Source: Hydrolagus colliei
Taxonomy: Eukaryota
Reading direction: 5' to 3'
DNA length: 64,000 nt
NCBI GenBank assembly: GCA_035084275.1
Contig: CM068743.1
Coordinates: 42,594,001-42,658,000 of the forward strand
Positions 60,283 to 64,000 of the stretch are shown piece by piece. Under the pieces are notes generated by a model. The model was not told the origin of the DNA. It did no database searches and saw only the letters and a list, made by a program, of their open reading frames with translations. Numbering within the stretch: position 1 is the stretch's first letter; the number at the start of each line of letters is the position of its first letter. A program made the position numbers and the translations under genes.

Positions 60283-62489
60283 TGTATTATATTTCTCTTT
60301 CCAATCACCAATATTAATGTGTCTTTAGCAAGGCTTTTTCATAATAAAATTTAAATGAATACATGTGAGATAAATCTGACTAAAAAAAAGTACTTATATC
60401 CCTCAATGACTTTGTGTTTCTAAGATTATTTCCATGCTTCTCTAAATTTTCAATTCTTTTACACCTTCGAAATTTCCCCTCTCTTAACAAGTTTGTTTTC
60501 CTCAGGCCTCTTCTCCCCACCCCCCAACTGTTTTATGAACTGTCCATCCAGTGCATATTAACACTAATTCTATATTATACTTCCTAACACCACTTGCAGA
60601 GGGAATCACAGAAAGCTAAAAAATAGTACAATTATCCTAATATTCTCAATTGCCAGTGAAAGCGATCTGTTCCAAGATATCAGGCCAACTTATCTCAGCA
60701 AACCACACTGTATCTACCAAAACAGTTGACTGAAGAAACCATTATTGAAACATGGGACCAGCATCATCTATAGACTGGAGGAAAATGTTCATTCAATTAA
60801 GGAATATATTTCAAATGCACATTGAGAAGCTGGAAGACAGCAAAGGGAAATATTGTCAAACCAGACAGTATACAAGCATATTGAATGCAAAGTCAGCAAC
60901 TCATTGTAGAAGACTGCTATTGTTTCAATAAACCACAAAACAATAACTGATAAGGATGGTACTGATAGATGGTAGAATTTATGTAAGCCCCTCTAATGGG
61001 CATTTCACAATGTTCTGATTGTGTGCAACATGTGGGGTTGATATTTACACTATTCCTTACACAGCGCTCTGAGATGCTATCCTGCATGAAAGATTCTTTA
61101 TAAGTGCAAGCTGCCGCACAATTGTTGTGATTCCTCTCACATAGGGAGGACGTCTACAAAATGCTTCATAGGATTTTCTAGAAAGTGGAGTTACTGGATA
61201 TTTTGTAGGCGATTGTTTTGGTAGAAAGGCAGTGGCCTTGTCTCTAATACACAGCATGACCGAATAGCCTGCTGATACTTTCTTTATGTTTAAAGAATCA
61301 TAGGTATAATGCAGTTGAGAAATCAGCTTCAAAAGCATCGATCCTTTCTGAGTTGTTTCTCTAAAACAACAGGTTTCTGTATGACATTAGACTGAATCCA
61401 AATGAATCAATGCCTCAGAAGTATTTCCTTTCAATGAATAATCCGGTTAGCCTGTGCATGCTGTGATTTCTGTGTTTTTTATTCCTTATTTTGAAAATGT
61501 TCTGCCTATTTTTCCTGAACACACGATAGTTAGCTGCCACTGATTGAGGCAAAATACATCAGCAATATAAAGCAAAGTAAAAGTTGAGTCTCTGGAAAAT
61601 TTCTGAAATAGCAAAATTTCAAAAATCCAAATGCTTTGCAATTTGGGTTAACACAATACCTCTTAATAGTCCTCCCGAAGTAAAAAACACTTTACAAAGG
61701 AAATGTCATTGCTGTTGTTGTTGTAGTAATCCGAGGACATCTCTGGTTACTGGTAATGAATCATTCAGCTTGATGGCAGTGAATCATTATTCAGTGCTCA
61801 GTACGTATTCTAATCATGCTATTTCAAAGCTATTAATCTGTTAACATTTAGAACTAATGCGGATTTAGCTGAGAGCTGCAGCTGATGAGTAATGTATTGG
61901 GGCACCTCAGAGAAGCAGGATCACATTTTTCAACTGTAAGGTATCATTGCAAATCCAGGTGTGACTTGCATTTTAGTCACAGATTAGTCCTGTGATATGT
62001 TCTTACCTGACAGCTAGTTTTACCGTGTTTGATCATATGACCAGAATGGAGTTAAGAATATAAGATGGTAATAAATAGGAGAAAATCGCACAACTTCTAC
62101 ATTAAAACACAGTCATTACGTTGTACTGTGAATTCTGGGAAGCACTTTGAGCCACTTTGCGATGGGAAAGGTGCCATATCAAATGCCACGATTAATAATG
62201 AGAAGGACAGAAAGGATTGTAAAGGGGGAAGAACATGAGGAAGTATGGCATTAGAAAAGACACTCATCAGCTCATCAAGCCATCTTACTCTTCAATAATA
62301 TTTTTCCCCTTGTTTTGAAATTTTTTAAAATATACTCTATTACACCACTCTATCTCATGGTGGAAAATTCTGAATAAATATTCTTGGGTACCCATTCTCT
62401 GAAACCCCAATATAAAACAAGCAAAACATTAGATTAATCCATCAGGCAATGCATTACAAGGTTAGCAGCAGAACATTTATAAATCGGTC

Positions 62490-62680
62490 AGTAACAGCAG
62501 AAAAAGAGAGAGACGCAAAGATACAGAGAGAGAAAAACAGATACACACACAGAGAGTCAGATACAGTGACACAGAAAGAGAGAGATGAAGAGATGCAGAG
62601 ATACACATATACAGTGCATACAGAACATGCACAGACAGAAAGAGAGTCCAACACAGACACACACAGATATAGAGTGAGTC
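62490..62680 (+). repeat. Degenerate GA/CA microsatellite
   Basis: AGAGAG/ACACAC/AGATAC mosaic. Confidence 0.75.
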
Positions 62681-64000
62681 ACCAAAACAAATATCTTGTC
62701 GCTGGCTCTATTGCTTTAAAATGTGTATGGATTTTTACATTGCCTATTCAAAGTTTGAATTGTAACTAAAATATAGGGAAATAATAGTTACACAATTTAA
62801 AACATAGCATTTCTACATGATTCTTGTGGGTTATATTTCCAGAAGAGAAACACAAAATATATTGCTAATGGGGTACCCAGATGTTTCTCAAATCTGGCAT
62901 CTGGCACCCAATAGTCAAAAGGTCGGACCAGTATGCTTTGTAACTTTTTCAAGCAGATATCAGATGTGAAGTAATTGATTTATATTCTGGACTATATTTC
63001 TCTCTCAATAAACAAGTGATGTTAGAGTCCATTCCTCATATACTAGGTGAGAGAGAAGAACATTTTTTTTCATCACTGCAGGCACTTGAGGCTGGTTCAT
63101 TGTGAACTCATGCCCTCCAGTTCTTTTCTCACAGTAAGTCAAATAAGCATTCTCATACCTCCAACACCTTACAACAATTCACACAGTAGATTGGAGATGC
63201 ACCAACTCGCTCGCCCTTGCCCTGCAATTTTGAAAGGCCTTGAAGGAATTGCAGTAAAACCCTGCACCGCTTTATACACATGTCAGAAAGAATGTTGCAA
63301 ACACAATTGTCCTTGATGGATTATTCACTAGGTTGATGGGGTGTGCTCTCAACTCAAAACCTTAGTGGAATACCTGATACAGTAAGGCTGACAATTCATC
63401 ATGATTTTTGAAGCTTTCCCAGACTTGGCTCACCAACCTCCTCCCCCTATTTCCCAACTCACCTTGCAACTGCAGAAAAGCATGGAAGAGTTACAAGGGC
63501 CACCTCCTGCACATTTCGAACATTAACATAATGTTTGCATTATTTAATACTTTAGATATGTAACTTTTGCTGTAAATAAATCTATGCACTATACTCTTCT
63601 TCAAAAGCACATTTCACTACTCTGCCCACCAAGCCTTCTAACCACACTACACTTCAGGTCCTTTAAACCCTCCCTACCCTCCAAGCACTCTAACTAACAC
63701 CACCACCATCCCCTACAATCTGAATACCTGCTCGGTTCAAATCCCTGACTTTCCTGTGCCAAGGGAAGTCCTCCTTACGTGAAAACCAATTTCAATACAG
63801 AATTGTGACTATGTGCAGTTGAAAGATAGAATTGCTCTACATGTGTGAGGCATCAATTTCTGAAAGGTTTGGGGAGGATAAATAACTGAAAGAGTCAATC
63901 TGGATTGGGCTGAGAAGATCATTTCTGACTTACAGTGATAAAGATGGAAATCCAAGTGAAATGATGCTACAACAAGCCTGCAGCAATTATAGTAAACAGC

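Overview
Eukaryotic, AT-rich, repeat-dense non-coding DNA (large intron or intergenic). The repeat content (tRNA-headed Deu-core SINEs with L2-like tails, abundant L2 and CR1, a Penelope-type hairpin) points to a cartilaginous fish, probably a chimaera such as Callorhinchus; this is an inference. No host protein-coding gene could be identified. Main content: (1) a decayed Gypsy LTR retrotransposon with both ends intact (3480-8452, minus strand, 5-bp TSD GACCT, PBS) carrying nested insertions; (2) a young 5'-truncated L2 with a nearly intact RT frame (43770-45300); (3) about 20 SINE copies in two size classes; (4) many CR1/L2 fragments and a probable very old L1/Tx1 relic; (5) a dozen non-autonomous DNA transposons (TA-flanked Tc/mariner-pogo types and two hAT elements with perfect 8-bp TSDs), several carrying G-rich mini/microsatellite cores, with one core cassette shared between elements that have unrelated termini; (6) a Penelope-type hairpin with a 14-bp TSD and a truncated hammerhead-ribozyme motif. 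A few splice-site-bounded candidate exons are reported at low confidence. Coordinates of decayed repeats are approximate and were read by eye.
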